This document shows, in pieces, positions 19,851 through 31,396 of a stretch of DNA of 52,570 bases (positions within the stretch are counted from its first letter, which is position 1; the number at the start of each line of letters is the position of its first letter). The stretch is from assembly GCA_903951635.1 (NCBI GenBank), contig CAJBCV010000339.1, positions 1 to 52,570 of the forward strand, in the 5' to 3' direction. Both the position numbers and the translations under genes were made by a program. The DNA comes from an uncultured Planctomycetaceae bacterium. Lineage in GTDB: Bacteria > Planctomycetota > Planctomycetia > Pirellulales > UBA1268. The notes beneath the pieces were generated by a model that was not told where the DNA came from, did not search any database, and was given only the letters and a program-made list of their open reading frames with translations.

Positions 19851-20846
19851 TCAGCGGACTTCCGCGCTGATCGTGAACGACGCCTCGAGGGATTCTCCGG
19901 CGGCAAGCGGGATCACGCCATTGTCGGCCTCACCGGCCGCGAGGCGATTGACGCCGTCGTTCGCGTTGGCCGCCGGCTCGACGGCGAGCACCGGGCGATC
20001 CTCCGGGCCGAAGCAGATCAGGTGCGTGACGTTTGGCGAGCAGGCGTAGGTCAGGGTCACGCCGCTCTCGGGCCACTGAATCGTCGCGTGCCCTCCGAAG
20101 CCGGCGAAGCAGGCATCGATCCGACGGCTGCCGAGTTCCCGGGGAGTGGAAAAGTCGAGGTCGGCGGGGACCGGCTCGGGGGCTCCGTCAGGAAGGCCAT
20201 CGGCGTCGGTGTCGGGATGGATTCGCGGCGCCGTGAAGCCGAGGACGATCGGCTCACCCTCGCGCGTGAGCCAGCGGCGGTAGTAGGGATGCCAGCCGAA
20301 GCCGGCCGGCATCGTCGTCTCGCCACGATTCTCCAGCCGCAGGGTCTGCTCGACCCGGTCGCCGGACAGCACGATCCCGACGGTGGCGTGAATCGGCCAG
20401 GGCCAGTTGAAATCGGGACAATCGCCGGAATCGAAAGCGAGAACGAGGCTCGACGGAGATTGCTCGACGATCGTCCACGGCCGGGCGCGGACGTCGCCGT
20501 GGATGGCATGGTTCTTGGCGCTTCCGAGTTGGTACTCGCGTCCCTCGAACACGAAATGCCCGTCGCGGATCCGGTTGGAATAGGGAAGCATCAGCCAGCT
20601 CGCCCCCCGTGCCCCGGGATCGGGCATCAGGTCGAGCCACACATCCCCGCGCATCACGCGCATCGCGAGCAGGCTCCCGCCGCGAGCCGGGCTGACGACG
20701 ACGGCCAACCGCTCTGAGCGGAGTTCGATCGGCTCAACCCCCTCGGCCGCTCCCCGCGGGGCCATGCCGAGCATCGCGACCATCGCAACGACCATCGCCT
20801 CGATGATCCCGCGCCGCGAGAAGCTCCGGGTGGGGAGAAACCTCAC
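19851..20846 (-). CDS. Aldose 1-epimerase family protein, possible Tat signal
   Basis: MLPYSNRIRDG, HAIHG, GFGWHPYY, LAVEP. GTG 20846 overlaps the upstream stop and gives SRRGII plus a hydrophobic stretch; alternative start 20795. Confidence 0.85.
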   Translation of the reverse strand: MRFLPTRSFSRRGIIEAMVVAMVAMLGMAPRGAAEGVEPIELRSERLAVVVSPARGGSLLAMRVMRGDVWLDLMPDPGARGASWLMLPYSNRIRDGHFVFEGREYQLGSAKNHAIHGDVRARPWTIVEQSPSSLVLAFDSGDCPDFNWPWPIHATVGIVLSGDRVEQTLRLENRGETTMPAGFGWHPYYRRWLTREGEPIVLGFTAPRIHPDTDADGLPDGAPEPVPADLDFSTPRELGSRRIDACFAGFGGHATIQWPESGVTLTYACSPNVTHLICFGPEDRPVLAVEPAANANDGVNRLAAGEADNGVIPLAAGESLEASFTISAEVR

Positions 20847-21232
20847 TCGAGCTTTTCCTTGTCCATGTCGAGCTGCAGGTCGGGGATCCCCTTGTCGGTG
20901 ACGATGACGCGCCACGGCGACTTCTGCCCGATGAGCGTCTCGTTCACAAGCCCGCCGCCTGGGGCATCAAGCGGGATGTTGATCTGCACCGAGTAGTTCC
21001 CCGGAAGAACGCCCTTCTTCCCCTTGAAGGAATACATCTCGAACTTGCCGTCGGCATCGGTCGAGCCGATGAAGCACTGGGCCGCGATGTCGTCGGCGAC
21101 GAGATTGACCCCCACCCCCTCGCACGGCTTGCCGCCGCGAGTAAGGCGACCGGCAACAGTGACTTCTCCCTTGTTGCTCGAACAACCGACCGCCATCAGA
21201 CAGACAAGGGCGAGCAGGAAACCACGAACCAT
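20843..21232 (-). CDS. Small lipoprotein (carboxypeptidase-regulatory-like beta sandwich), usual partner of DUF1559 genes
   Basis: Lipobox AVGC; GSTDADGKFEM, GVLPGNYSVQI. Confidence 0.75.
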   Translation of the reverse strand: MVRGFLLALVCLMAVGCSSNKGEVTVAGRLTRGGKPCEGVGVNLVADDIAAQCFIGSTDADGKFEMYSFKGKKGVLPGNYSVQINIPLDAPGGGLVNETLIGQKSPWRVIVTDKGIPDLQLDMDKEKLE

Positions 21233-21300
21233 GGCAGGGGATCCTCGGACGGGAATGGGGGGATAGTGGAATGAGGACGAGAGCGGACCGGGAAAGCCGG

Positions 21301-21345
21301 AAGAAAAAAGAACCCCGGCCCAGGCAGGATCGCCGGGGCCGGGGT
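21301..21345 (-). terminator. Intrinsic terminator downstream of the DUF1559 gene
   Basis: ACCCCGGCCC...GGGCCGGGGT stem followed on the minus strand by TCTTTTTTCTT. Confidence 0.65.
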
Positions 21346-21358
21346 CTCATGAACAAAC

Positions 21359-22504
21359 TCAGCGGCTGAGAACGTTGTCGGGGACGACCTTGCCGTCGGC
21401 GATGTCGACCAGCGCCGTGATCACCGTCCCGACCTGGACGCTCGTCACCGAACCGTCGGCCATGCCGATCGTCGCGCCGCCCGGGTGGGGGGTGCCCCAG
21501 TGGCCACGGAAGTTGGCCCAGCCGATGCCGTCGCAACGCTGATCCTGGAAGACGTTCTGCGTGGCACAGACGCCACCGGAGCTCAAGGCCCGGGTCGTCT
21601 CGACGCCACCGGCGAACGCGCCGTCGCGGTACGAGAGGCACCCGGAGTTGTACATCCGCGTGTCCATCGAGATCTCGCCGACAAGGAGGGTGTAGCTCGT
21701 GCCGTCGACGATGTCGGTCACACGGACCGGTCGGCTGACGTCATAGGTGCCATACCGCTGGTAGCCACGGTTCCGTGGCCAGTTCATGTCGATATCCCCC
21801 GCCCTGGCAATCTTGGAAAGAATCCCCGACTGGGTCTGCGTGCCGGAGATGCCGTGATCGGGGGTCACGGCCTGGTTCGTCGCGTAGTCGGTGATCATGA
21901 CTTTCGTCTGGCCACCGGTAAGGAGGTATTTGGCAGCGAAGCCGAGGGCGGTCGGAAGCGTGCCGTTGGAGTTGGGGATGTTGGTGAAGATCCGGTCGTT
22001 GCCGTTGCCGTCACCGATCGTCTCGGCACCGCTGCTGGCGCGCGACGGGCACGAGAAGATCGGCATCGTCGAAGAGTACGCCATGTTCTGGAACTCGTTG
22101 GTGAGCTCCATGAACGGGGCGGCCGCGTAGAACGGGCTGCCGGTTTGCGTCTCGACGCCACCGACCGGGGTGCCGAATGACCAGGCTCGGTAACGACCGG
22201 AAGCCTGCTCGAAGGCCCCGCCGCTGGTCGGGGGACAGAGCGTCCCGCCGGCGAGGACGCCGGTCTGATCACGGGTCGAGACCGAAGAGCCGCCGAGGGG
22301 GAAGCACTTGTTGCTCGATTCGAAGTTCATCATCCCGAGGACGAGGTTCTTCACGTTGTTGGTGCAGCTCATCTTGCGGGCCGCTTCGCGGGCCGACTGC
22401 ACGGCCGGGAGCAGAAGGCCGACGAGCGTGCCGATGATGGCGATGACGACGAGAAGCTCGACGAGCGTGAAGCCGCCGCGTCGGACGTGGGAGTTAATCG
22501 ACAT
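21359..22504 (-). CDS. DUF1559 prepilin-type N-terminal cleavage/methylation protein with H-X9-DG motif
   Basis: [63 protein letters not shown]. Confidence 0.93.
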   Translation of the reverse strand: MSINSHVRRGGFTLVELLVVIAIIGTLVGLLLPAVQSAREAARKMSCTNNVKNLVLGMMNFESSNKCFPLGGSSVSTRDQTGVLAGGTLCPPTSGGAFEQASGRYRAWSFGTPVGGVETQTGSPFYAAAPFMELTNEFQNMAYSSTMPIFSCPSRASSGAETIGDGNGNDRIFTNIPNSNGTLPTALGFAAKYLLTGGQTKVMITDYATNQAVTPDHGISGTQTQSGILSKIARAGDIDMNWPRNRGYQRYGTYDVSRPVRVTDIVDGTSYTLLVGEISMDTRMYNSGCLSYRDGAFAGGVETTRALSSGGVCATQNVFQDQRCDGIGWANFRGHWGTPHPGGATIGMADGSVTSVQVGTVITALVDIADGKVVPDNVLSR

Positions 22505-22778
22505 GGACTTGGATCTCCGAAAAGTGCGGGGAATCGACGATGGATGGAAATGAAGGAATCCGAATCGGACGGGCGTCGCCTCGTGTCGAGGGAGACAACC
22601 AGCGGAGAGCCCGAAAGCGACACCGCCATCCTGGCGAGTCGTATCGGAGCCCCCCCCGCCCCGGCACCGCAAAAGCCGGGAACAACCCTCAAATCTAACC
22701 CAATAGGGTGACTTTCTCAAAGAGTGGTTCAAAAACAGGACCGTGCTGCCACCCGACCGACCGCCTCGGGGCGGCGTC

Positions 22779-25742
22779 TCACAGCCCTCCTAGGTAGGCG
22801 AGCAGATCGGCGGCCTCCGCGGCCGAAAGGTCCCGGAGGAGTTGCTCAGGCATAAGCGATTGCGGCTGCTGGACGAACTGCTCCACTTCTCCCCGCGGAA
22901 TCCGGGTGTCGCGCCCCTGCGCGTCGCGGATCACGATGTCGGTCTCGGATCGCTCCACGAGGAGCCCGGTGTGGACGAGGCCGTCTTTGGTCTCCGCGTA
23001 CCAGGTGGCGAACTTCGGATCGACCTTCCGCGACGGCTCGAGGAGGCTCTCGAGGATCTCGGCCCTGGTGAGACGCTTGCCGATCCCGGCCAAATCAGGG
23101 CCGATCGCCGGTCGGTCGGTCGCTTGGTCGCTGGCCGGGTGGTGACAGCTCCGGCAACCCAGGGACGCCGACTCCCACAGCCGTCGTCCCCGGTCGGCAT
23201 CCCCCTCCAGCGCGAGCAGGTCGACGGCCCGGATGCTCGTTCCCAGCCGCTCCCGGCGATGCTCCTCGGGGATGAACCGCTCGAAGAGATCGCGGAATTG
23301 CGGGTCGCCGTGGGAGGTTCCCCAGGCCACCATCCGCGCCATGACCTCGGGGGGAAAAGTGCCTCCATCGATCGCCCGGAGAACCCCGAGCGCTTTCGAC
23401 GGCGACGCGGTGGCCGGCGGCTGATCCGCTGCAAGCGTCCCCTGGGTAGCCGCGGCGGCATCGGTGGGGAGGGCGGCGATCCAGTCGCCGATGAGCTTCA
23501 GGCCGCGGGCATCGACGACCGTCGAACCGAAGTGGGGCATCCGCCCTCGTCCGAGCGTCGCCATCCGGTAATAGAGCACCGACCGCGTAGGATCGCCGGC
23601 CGTCACCACCGCCGCGTCATCGAGCGCGAAAGTGCCATGGCTTGGCCGCAGGCCGAGAAGCTTCGTGCGGTCGAGGGCGACATCGGCCCGGACGTCGAAA
23701 TCCGAGGCGCCGCCGCCGCCGCGGAGGTGACACTGGGCGCAGTTCATCTGCAGGTAGCTGCGGGCCCGACGGTCGAGATCGGCCGTCGTGTCATACGGAT
23801 CGACCGGCGGCGTCACGCTCTCGTCGAGTGGCTTGGCGAGGAGGCCGAGCCCGTTGAAACAGCGCAGTTGGTTGTCGTCGGGCGAGCCCAGACCGGTCAG
23901 GACCGCGCGGGGATCGACAGGACGATTCAGCTGCGCCGGCGTGAAGCCGTAGAGTGAGCCACCGCGGGTCGTGTGGCACATCAGGCACTCGGTGCGGCTG
24001 GCCACCCGGTAGCTCTGCCGATGGAAGACGCCCGGATCCCCGACGTCGGCGATCTCCAATCGGACCGCGGCCCCCTCCGGGCCGACGAGTTCGGCATCGG
24101 TCTGGTCGTCATTCCAAAGGTAGCTGTAAGCACACCAATCGGCGCCGTTGAAGTGGAGGAGTTGGGTTTCGATCCGCCGCATGACGCCGGGGGAGGTCTC
24201 GATGGCGATCGTCTTGGCGAGGACGCCGTCGGTGGGAAACTTGAACTTCCCGCGGATGAAGCCCTGCTGCGGATTCTGCGCTTCGTAAAGCGAGAGCTGC
24301 GCCTTCCCTGGCAAGGCGAGCCAGCGTTCGGCGGTCGTACCGTCGGCCCAAGCCTCGGCGCTGACGTCATACGGAACGACACCGGGGGCCGGGGCCTGCG
24401 CGGCGGTGTCGGCAAACAAGCCCGTCTCGCTCAAACGCGTCGGAAAAAGGACGTTGGCCTCCACCGGCGGGCGACGAACGAGGCGGTGGAGCGAGCCGGA
24501 GTCGTAGTCGACCATGAGCACCTCACCGTCGGCTCCGAGGCCGAAGGTGGAGAGGGCAAGCGGCGTGTCGGCGAGTTCCTGTTGCCAACTGATCCGCGTC
24601 CCGTCGTGCCGCAGCCCCCACACCTTTCCGGTGACGTAGTCGCCGTAGACGTAGGCCCCGGCCAACTCGGGGAGCCGAGGGGTGGTCGAGACATAGCCCC
24701 CGGTGATCGAGCGGCTCTCGGTGTGGGGATGGGAGATCACCGGCGGCGTGATCGGGTCGGGCCCCCGGCGCCGATCCCCGACGACCGGCTGCGGCCCTTC
24801 CATGATGCTCCAGCCGTAGTTGCCACCGCGCTCGACGAGGTAGATCATCTCCCACAATTCCCACCCCACGTCGGCGGCCCACAGCCTCCCCGAATCGTCG
24901 AAGCACATCCTCCATGGATTCCGCAGCCCATAGGCCCACACCTCGCCACGCGCTCCAGGCACATCGACAAACGGGTTGTCGACGGGGATCGAGTAGGGGC
25001 GGGCCGGCTGGCCCTCCGCAGTCGGCTCGGGACGACGATCGACGTCGATCCGCAGCACCGACGCGAGGAGATCGTCGATCGACTGCCCCGTTCCCAGGGC
25101 ATCGGGAGGCGTGGCGTCTTGGGAGTCGCCGGTGGCGATGTAAAGCATGCCGTCGGGGCCGAACTGCAGGCTGGAGCCGTTGTGTCCCCCGGACACCCAA
25201 TCAAGGATCCGCTCTTCGCTGGCCAGATCGATCGTCGGCGGATCGGTGGTCGAGACGGTGAACCTGGAGACGCGCGTGCCGTCGGCGAGCTTCGGCTGAA
25301 GCGCATAGACGATGAAGCACTGCCGGTTCTCGGCGAAGCGGGGGTGGAAGGCGAGGCCGAAGACATGATCGAGCCCCTCGAGCACCCCGAGATCGCAGAC
25401 GAGATCGGCGGTGGCCACGTCCTCGTAGCCGTCGCCGTGGGAAGCCGGACGCATCGGAAACGAGAACACCTTCCCCTTCTCCTCGGTGATCATCATCCGA
25501 TCGCTGCCAGGGACGCGCACGAGTTCTGTCGGCTTGTCGAAGCGAAGCGCGGGAAGCACCGGCTCGTGGCCATAGGGAGGTGGGGGCACGGGGGCCCCGG
25601 TGATCCGAGAGCCGGTCCATTCGACGCGCGCGGGTGCGTCGTCGGCGGCGCAGATCGACGCCGCGAGCCAAAGCCCCATGAGCAGCGAAAGCAAAAGCCG
25701 AAGCGAGCCGACGAGGCAAAGGGGCGGAAGGACGCGGCGCAT
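22779..25742 (-). CDS. PQQ-dependent (GSDH-type) beta-propeller dehydrogenase fused to c-type cytochrome domains
   Basis: [44 protein letters not shown]; heme motifs CLMCH, CAQCH, CRSCH. Confidence 0.88.
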   Translation of the reverse strand: MRRVLPPLCLVGSLRLLLSLLMGLWLAASICAADDAPARVEWTGSRITGAPVPPPPYGHEPVLPALRFDKPTELVRVPGSDRMMITEEKGKVFSFPMRPASHGDGYEDVATADLVCDLGVLEGLDHVFGLAFHPRFAENRQCFIVYALQPKLADGTRVSRFTVSTTDPPTIDLASEERILDWVSGGHNGSSLQFGPDGMLYIATGDSQDATPPDALGTGQSIDDLLASVLRIDVDRRPEPTAEGQPARPYSIPVDNPFVDVPGARGEVWAYGLRNPWRMCFDDSGRLWAADVGWELWEMIYLVERGGNYGWSIMEGPQPVVGDRRRGPDPITPPVISHPHTESRSITGGYVSTTPRLPELAGAYVYGDYVTGKVWGLRHDGTRISWQQELADTPLALSTFGLGADGEVLMVDYDSGSLHRLVRRPPVEANVLFPTRLSETGLFADTAAQAPAPGVVPYDVSAEAWADGTTAERWLALPGKAQLSLYEAQNPQQGFIRGKFKFPTDGVLAKTIAIETSPGVMRRIETQLLHFNGADWCAYSYLWNDDQTDAELVGPEGAAVRLEIADVGDPGVFHRQSYRVASRTECLMCHTTRGGSLYGFTPAQLNRPVDPRAVLTGLGSPDDNQLRCFNGLGLLAKPLDESVTPPVDPYDTTADLDRRARSYLQMNCAQCHLRGGGGASDFDVRADVALDRTKLLGLRPSHGTFALDDAAVVTAGDPTRSVLYYRMATLGRGRMPHFGSTVVDARGLKLIGDWIAALPTDAAAATQGTLAADQPPATASPSKALGVLRAIDGGTFPPEVMARMVAWGTSHGDPQFRDLFERFIPEEHRRERLGTSIRAVDLLALEGDADRGRRLWESASLGCRSCHHPASDQATDRPAIGPDLAGIGKRLTRAEILESLLEPSRKVDPKFATWYAETKDGLVHTGLLVERSETDIVIRDAQGRDTRIPRGEVEQFVQQPQSLMPEQLLRDLSAAEAADLLAYLGGL

Positions 25743-25881
25743 GGGGTTCTCGGTGTAGGCCTGCCGGAAATGAGGGGGCTCGTCGGCCGGGCGTCGATGC
25801 CCCCTCGGGCAACCTAATCATGGGCCGGAGGAGGCTTCGTGGCCAGTCCGCTTCCCGCGGAGGAGCTTCAGGCCGGCCAAT

Positions 25882-27798
25882 TCACGGCTCGGTCGCCTGG
25901 AGCGCGACCATCTCCGCATACCGGCCGCCACGGGCGAGAAGTGCGTCGTGGGTACCGATTTCGGTGATCCGGCCGTTCTCGAGGACGACGATCCGGTCAG
26001 CGTGGCGGATCGTGCTCAGCCGGTGGGCGATGATGAAGCTCGTCCGGCCACGGAGCAGCTCGGAGAGGCTCGCCTGGATCGCCCGCTCGCTCTCGCTGTC
26101 GAGGTTGCTCGTCGCTTCGTCGAGGATCAGGATCCGGGCGTCGGCGAGGATCGCGCGGGCGATCGCCAGCCGCTGCCGTTGCCCGCCGCTGATCCGCACG
26201 CCGCGCTCGCCGATGAACGTCCCGTAGCCTTCCGGCATCGCCTCGATGAATCCGGCCGCATGGGCGGCGCGGGCCGCCGCGGCGATCGCCTCGGGGCCAG
26301 CGTCCCGACGGGAGTAGGCGATGTTCTCAGCCACCGTGCCGTCAAACAGGAAGACATCCTGCTCGACGACCCCGAGCAGGCAGCGGTACGACTCGACGTC
26401 GATGCTCCGCAGATCACGGCCATCGAGGCGGATGACGCCAGCCGTCGCATCGTAAAACCTGGCGACGAGGTTGCAGAGCGTCGTCTTTCCCGAGCCGCTT
26501 CGCCCCACCAGCGCGATCGTCTCCCCCGGAGCGACATCGAGCGTGATCTCGTGGAGGACATCCTCATCGCCGCCGGGGTAGCGGAAAGAGACTCCGTCGA
26601 GCGTCATCCTTCCCGCCACCTCCGAGCGGGAGAGCATCACGCCGGGGAGAGCGGTCGCCATGTCGAGCGGCTCGGCGAGGAGGTCGAGGACACGGTCGAA
26701 GCCGGCGAGATTCCCCTGGAGTTGCCCGAGCGTTCCGGCGATCATCGCCACCGGCTCGAGGAGCATCGCCATGAACACCAGGAACATGACGAGATCGCCG
26801 GGGGTCAACCGGCCGGCGAGCACTTCCATGCCGCCATAGAGGAGGAGCACCGACGACGCACCGGGGAGGACGAGATCCCAAAACACTTCGAGCACCCGCC
26901 CCCACCACCAGGAGAGGTATTCCAACCGGAGCGTGAGGTGGTTGGCGCGGGTGTAGCGGGCGGCCTCACGGCGCTGGCGGCCGAAGGCGCGGACGACGCG
27001 CATTCCGCCGAAGACCTCGCCGGTGCGGGCATCCACGTCGGCCCGTTGGGCGCGGATATCGCGGTGAATGGGACGGAGGATCCGGGTCCAGAGCATGCTC
27101 GAGAGGGCGACCACGGGAATGAGGAGGAGGCTGCAGAGGAGCATTCGCCAGTCGATCCAGGCGAGGATGACAAGCCCGCCGACGAACTGCACCAGCGCCC
27201 GCCACGGGTTGAAGAGCATCGTCATCACGAGCTCGCCGACGCCTCCGGCATCGTCGCGCAACAGCGTGCCGGCCCCGCCGGCCCGGAGCTGGTAGATGCG
27301 GTGGAGCGGGAGCCGGGAGGCGTGGGAGAAGACAAGGCGGCGCATCCGCTCTTGGACGCGCTTCGACGATCGCGTCACAAGCCACCGCCCTCCGAGCGAC
27401 AGCAGGCTCCCTGCGAGGATCGTGAGCATCACCGCGGCGACGAGGAGCCACAGACGCTGGCCGGGGTCGTCGGGCACCGCCACCCAAGAGGGGAGCCAGG
27501 CAGGCAACGTCTGGCCGAGAAGAACGTGGTCGATGGCAAGCTTCGTGGATGCCGCCGGAGCGAGTTTGAGGAGGGTCGACGTCGTGCCGAGCACCACCCC
27601 GCCAACCACCATCATCCAGTCGCGACCGAGGATCCGGGCCAACTCGAGGAACAGCTGCGGGAGCGACCGCTGCCGCTGACTCTTGGCCCGGCTGGCCTGC
27701 TCCACCGGATCGCGGCGGCGACGGCGATAGGCCTCGTACTGCAGGCGGCTCCCCTCGCCCCGACCAACGGCGGGCGCCTTGTTCGTTCTGCGGTTCAA
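25882..27798 (-). CDS. ABC exporter, fused permease/ATP-binding (MsbA-like)
   Basis: TM segments; GRSGSGKT, ISGGQRQR, ILILDEATSNLD, IAHRLSTI. Start approximate. Confidence 0.93.
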   Translation of the reverse strand: MNRRTNKAPAVGRGEGSRLQYEAYRRRRRDPVEQASRAKSQRQRSLPQLFLELARILGRDWMMVVGGVVLGTTSTLLKLAPAASTKLAIDHVLLGQTLPAWLPSWVAVPDDPGQRLWLLVAAVMLTILAGSLLSLGGRWLVTRSSKRVQERMRRLVFSHASRLPLHRIYQLRAGGAGTLLRDDAGGVGELVMTMLFNPWRALVQFVGGLVILAWIDWRMLLCSLLLIPVVALSSMLWTRILRPIHRDIRAQRADVDARTGEVFGGMRVVRAFGRQRREAARYTRANHLTLRLEYLSWWWGRVLEVFWDLVLPGASSVLLLYGGMEVLAGRLTPGDLVMFLVFMAMLLEPVAMIAGTLGQLQGNLAGFDRVLDLLAEPLDMATALPGVMLSRSEVAGRMTLDGVSFRYPGGDEDVLHEITLDVAPGETIALVGRSGSGKTTLCNLVARFYDATAGVIRLDGRDLRSIDVESYRCLLGVVEQDVFLFDGTVAENIAYSRRDAGPEAIAAAARAAHAAGFIEAMPEGYGTFIGERGVRISGGQRQRLAIARAILADARILILDEATSNLDSESERAIQASLSELLRGRTSFIIAHRLSTIRHADRIVVLENGRITEIGTHDALLARGGRYAEMVALQATEP

Positions 27799-28034
27799 CG
27801 TTCCGATGCTCCCTGCCAGGGGCCGGTCCAGCCCCGATTACGATCGTCCTGATACCAGCAGACGCCATCGAGCAAGACCTGAATATCGATCGGGTCAACT
27901 CACCGGCCAAGCCCCACCCGTGGGCGTGCCGGGGAACAAGGCCAACGCCGGTGGCGTCCGCCCCCTTCCCCGCCTCGAATCGCCGCATCCTACAATTGAA
28001 CGGGGAGCGAAAACTCGAGGGAGGGAACCAGATC

Positions 28035-28586
28035 ATGATGCCATTTCACGATGCTTGGCCCTGGGCGCTTGGCTCTGCCATCGTGGCGGGAGTCTCCCTC
28101 CTCCTTTGGTCGCAGGCCGGGCAGCGGGGGTTTCTCGTGGCGATGGCCGCGGCGCTCGTCGTCGGCGTCGGTTGCTTGCTTGCCGACTGGCTTGTGGTCA
28201 CCGATCGGGAGCAGATTGAACGGCTGTTCCCGAGATTGGCACGCGCTGCCGAAACGGGCGACACCGAAACGATCCTCGCCGCCCTCGATCCGTCGCTTGA
28301 GCCACTCCGCGGCGAAGCCGAACGGGCCCTGCGGGAGTTTCGCCCCGAGGAGGTGCGGATCACACGCCTCGACGTCACGCTCGAGGGGCCGGCCGAGGCC
28401 CGCCTGGCCCGGGCCGAGATGCTCATCCATACCAGGGGCGACGCCCGCGGCGTCGGCGGCGTCTCCGGACCGCTCTCGGCGCTGATCGATCTGACGGTCG
28501 ATCTCCGCAACGCGGGGGGCCAATTCCTGATCACCGACTTCGAGGCCGACGCGGCCCGTCCGACCGATCGGCGGCGGCCCGACTGA
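28035..28586 (+). CDS. Hypothetical membrane protein (2 TM + possible NTF2-like domain)
   Basis: Two hydrophobic helices then VVTDREQIERL...; GC3-rich frame. Confidence 0.6.
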   Translation: MMPFHDAWPWALGSAIVAGVSLLLWSQAGQRGFLVAMAAALVVGVGCLLADWLVVTDREQIERLFPRLARAAETGDTETILAALDPSLEPLRGEAERALREFRPEEVRITRLDVTLEGPAEARLARAEMLIHTRGDARGVGGVSGPLSALIDLTVDLRNAGGQFLITDFEADAARPTDRRRPD

Positions 28587-28620
28587 CGCAGGCGTCGATC
28601 AACAGGCCATGCGGCTTTTC

Positions 28621-31365
28621 TCAGGGCTTCGTCGGCTTCTTGGGGAGATTTCTCGGCTCGGCCGCCGGCTGCAACTGCCACTGGGCATAGGGGGGGAGCT
28701 TCGGCGTCTCCTCGAGCACGCCACCAAGGAGGAGCCGATCGATCGAGTCGAGGTCGATCCGACTCGGCCCGAGGATCTCGTGCATGCCGACGAGGACGTT
28801 CCCCTCGATGCCGGTCGCCGCCATCCGCAGCCGCCCGGTGCCGCCGATCACCGATTCGACCGGCAACCCCGACACCGGTTCGGTCGCCGACGGCTGCCAG
28901 TCGTCGGCGAGGAGTTCCGGATGGAGCCAGATCACCCTCGCCACCTCCCGGCGCGGGATCGAGAGCGGCTTGCCACGCGGATCGGCATCGACGGCGATCC
29001 GCAGTTGCTCGCCGTCCATCCCCTCGAGGCGGCCGCGGAGATAGTCCCCTTGGAGCGAGCGGACCAGATGCGTGGGAGGACGATGACGCTGCGAGCGAGG
29101 GAGCGTCGTCAGACTGCGGAACTTCTCCGGTGAGATGAGAGCGCCGGCTTTCGGGACGAGCTCCACGGCCTTTACGGCCCGCGCGGGGATCGTGATCGCC
29201 TCGGCCCCCTCGCGAAGCAGTCGCACGCCTCCCTCGTCGATCGATTCGACATCACCAACGACAGCCTCGCCCGTCTCGAGAACCACGACCGACGTGAGGC
29301 GATCGGCATCCTTCGCGCCTGCGTCCCTGCGCTTCGCGCGGGCAAGCAACCGCTCCTGGGCCTTGAGGACCTCGCTGAGTCGCTGCGCATCCCGCCCCCA
29401 GATCGGATGCAAGCCACGTTTGAGGCTGAGACTGCGGCGGGTCCAGAATGTCCCCTCCGAGACCTGGAGTTGCACCTCGGTGCCGGCCCGCCCCTGAACG
29501 AGAAACGTGACATCCTCGATCGGCAATCTCTTGGTCGCGATGAACACGCCATCTCCCCGGGGGGCGACGGCGAGAACCCGCAGCGGGGCTACCACCCCAA
29601 CTCGGTGGAGCGGCCCACCTGGAACCACTTCCGCGATCGTTGCCTCGCCGTCGACCTCGGCGAGGGTCACACCGATCCACCCGTTGAGGTCGCTCCCGTC
29701 GTCATCGGGCTTCGACTCCGCATACCGAATCCTTCCCCGGGGAGAGCCACCGTCGGGCCCTGTCGAGAACGCCGCCGCCTTGAGGCTGCCCAGAGGCAAC
29801 CAGCCGACGGTCCCACCGTCTGCCGCGGCCCCCTCAGGGGGAAGCGGAACGAGACAGCCGTCATGCGATTCATCCTCGAGTTCGAGCCGGCCGACCCGGC
29901 CAGGAGGGAGAGGCCCCTCGGCGACCAACGTCACCGCCCCGATCCCCTCGAGGAAATCGATCGGCAGGTTCACCGGCTCGTCGATCGCCGAATGAGCGAT
30001 CGTCACGCTCCCCCCTGCGACACCGACGAGGTCTCCGCTGAGGCTCGACCCCTGGCGATCGCTGACCCGCACCCGGTGGGGCGACGGGGCTTTCGCGCCG
30101 ACCGGCGCCACGGGGGCGCGGAAGCGGATCGCCGCCACCGCCCCGAGGGGGATGTTTTGCGTTGACTTGCCCCCCTCTCCTTCGGGCATCACCACGAGGG
30201 ACTGTCCGTCGTCGGACAGTCCAGTCACGATTCCGGCGATCACCCGGCCATCGTGGAGCTCCACCGCAGCCGGCTGATCTTCCGCGGCCACCGTCTCGGC
30301 TCCGTTCCAGGGTGAGATTCGCAGTCTCTCGAGCACCACCTCGCCCGACTGGACATCGATCTGGATCCCCTCCCCCACGGTTGTGAAATCGGAGGGGCCC
30401 CCCGCCGGATCGACCGCGAATGGCTCGATCGTCAGATCGGCAAGCGGAGCGATCTCCCCCGGCCGCATGACGACAATCCGGCCCGCCTGCCGATCGACGA
30501 AGACCGAGAGGGCGAGCCCCTTCTCGGGAATCGCCCCGCACGCTTCGAGATCGGCGGTGCCTGTCCCATCCGGACGGGCCTCGTCGCGGATGACGATCAA
30601 ACCCTCCGCGGTGAGCTCGACCCGGTAGGCCGCGTCGACGGCGCCGCCAACGTCGCTGAAGAGGCTCGATTTGAAGCGGAATTCGCCGAAGCCAAGCCGC
30701 ACGCGCGGCGGCTCGTCCCAGGCCAGCGCGAAGTCGTACCGCATCCGCTCCCCTTCGACGCAGTCGACGCGGAGCCTCGCACCGGAGGTCGTGCTGGCAA
30801 GCCCACCGGCGCGCTTCCGCCAGTGGCTCGCAGCCGAAGTCTCGCATTGGTCGGGATCGCCGTTCCAGACATAGGTCGACGGCGCCACGCCGGTGGAGAT
30901 TCGCCGCACCGACTCCCGCTCGAGCCCGATCCGAACAGGCGCCTCGGCCGGTCCGATCGACAGCACGACCGTTGAAGCGTCGATCGATTCGAGGCGACCG
31001 ACGACGAGATCGCCATCGGACAATTCGACCTTCCAGTGGCCCGCCCCGACCGTCAAGGCCGCCCCTTGCGGCCGATTGAACGAGATCCGCCCGACGCGCT
31101 CGACGGGAAACTCGAAGGGACCGGAGAAGGCGGGAGACTGCCAGTGGATCGTCGGACTGGCCCCGTCAGCGGCAGGCGGCGCCTCGATGAGCCGACCGGC
31201 AATCGTGCCCCCCGGGAGCGAGAGCACCGCGGTCGGACCATCGACGTCGACGGCCATCGCCGAACCGGCTCCGCCCGCCAGCGGTGCGAAGGCCGCGAGC
31301 GATACCCAGACGAAGACCGCCGACAGGCGAAGACGGCATCCGCGACAACCGACGAAACGGTGCAT
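28621..31365 (-). CDS. Large exported protein with repeated beta modules and a central PDZ-like domain
   Basis: Signal peptide; repeats such as VELSDGDLVVGRLESID, VELHDGRVIAGIVTG, VVLETGEAVVGDVESID; GWIGVTL..IAEVVPGGP. Confidence 0.65.
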   Translation of the reverse strand: MHRFVGCRGCRLRLSAVFVWVSLAAFAPLAGGAGSAMAVDVDGPTAVLSLPGGTIAGRLIEAPPAADGASPTIHWQSPAFSGPFEFPVERVGRISFNRPQGAALTVGAGHWKVELSDGDLVVGRLESIDASTVVLSIGPAEAPVRIGLERESVRRISTGVAPSTYVWNGDPDQCETSAASHWRKRAGGLASTTSGARLRVDCVEGERMRYDFALAWDEPPRVRLGFGEFRFKSSLFSDVGGAVDAAYRVELTAEGLIVIRDEARPDGTGTADLEACGAIPEKGLALSVFVDRQAGRIVVMRPGEIAPLADLTIEPFAVDPAGGPSDFTTVGEGIQIDVQSGEVVLERLRISPWNGAETVAAEDQPAAVELHDGRVIAGIVTGLSDDGQSLVVMPEGEGGKSTQNIPLGAVAAIRFRAPVAPVGAKAPSPHRVRVSDRQGSSLSGDLVGVAGGSVTIAHSAIDEPVNLPIDFLEGIGAVTLVAEGPLPPGRVGRLELEDESHDGCLVPLPPEGAAADGGTVGWLPLGSLKAAAFSTGPDGGSPRGRIRYAESKPDDDGSDLNGWIGVTLAEVDGEATIAEVVPGGPLHRVGVVAPLRVLAVAPRGDGVFIATKRLPIEDVTFLVQGRAGTEVQLQVSEGTFWTRRSLSLKRGLHPIWGRDAQRLSEVLKAQERLLARAKRRDAGAKDADRLTSVVVLETGEAVVGDVESIDEGGVRLLREGAEAITIPARAVKAVELVPKAGALISPEKFRSLTTLPRSQRHRPPTHLVRSLQGDYLRGRLEGMDGEQLRIAVDADPRGKPLSIPRREVARVIWLHPELLADDWQPSATEPVSGLPVESVIGGTGRLRMAATGIEGNVLVGMHEILGPSRIDLDSIDRLLLGGVLEETPKLPPYAQWQLQPAAEPRNLPKKPTKP

Positions 31366-31396
31366 GGAACGATTCCTGGCGAGAGCGGTCGGCCGA

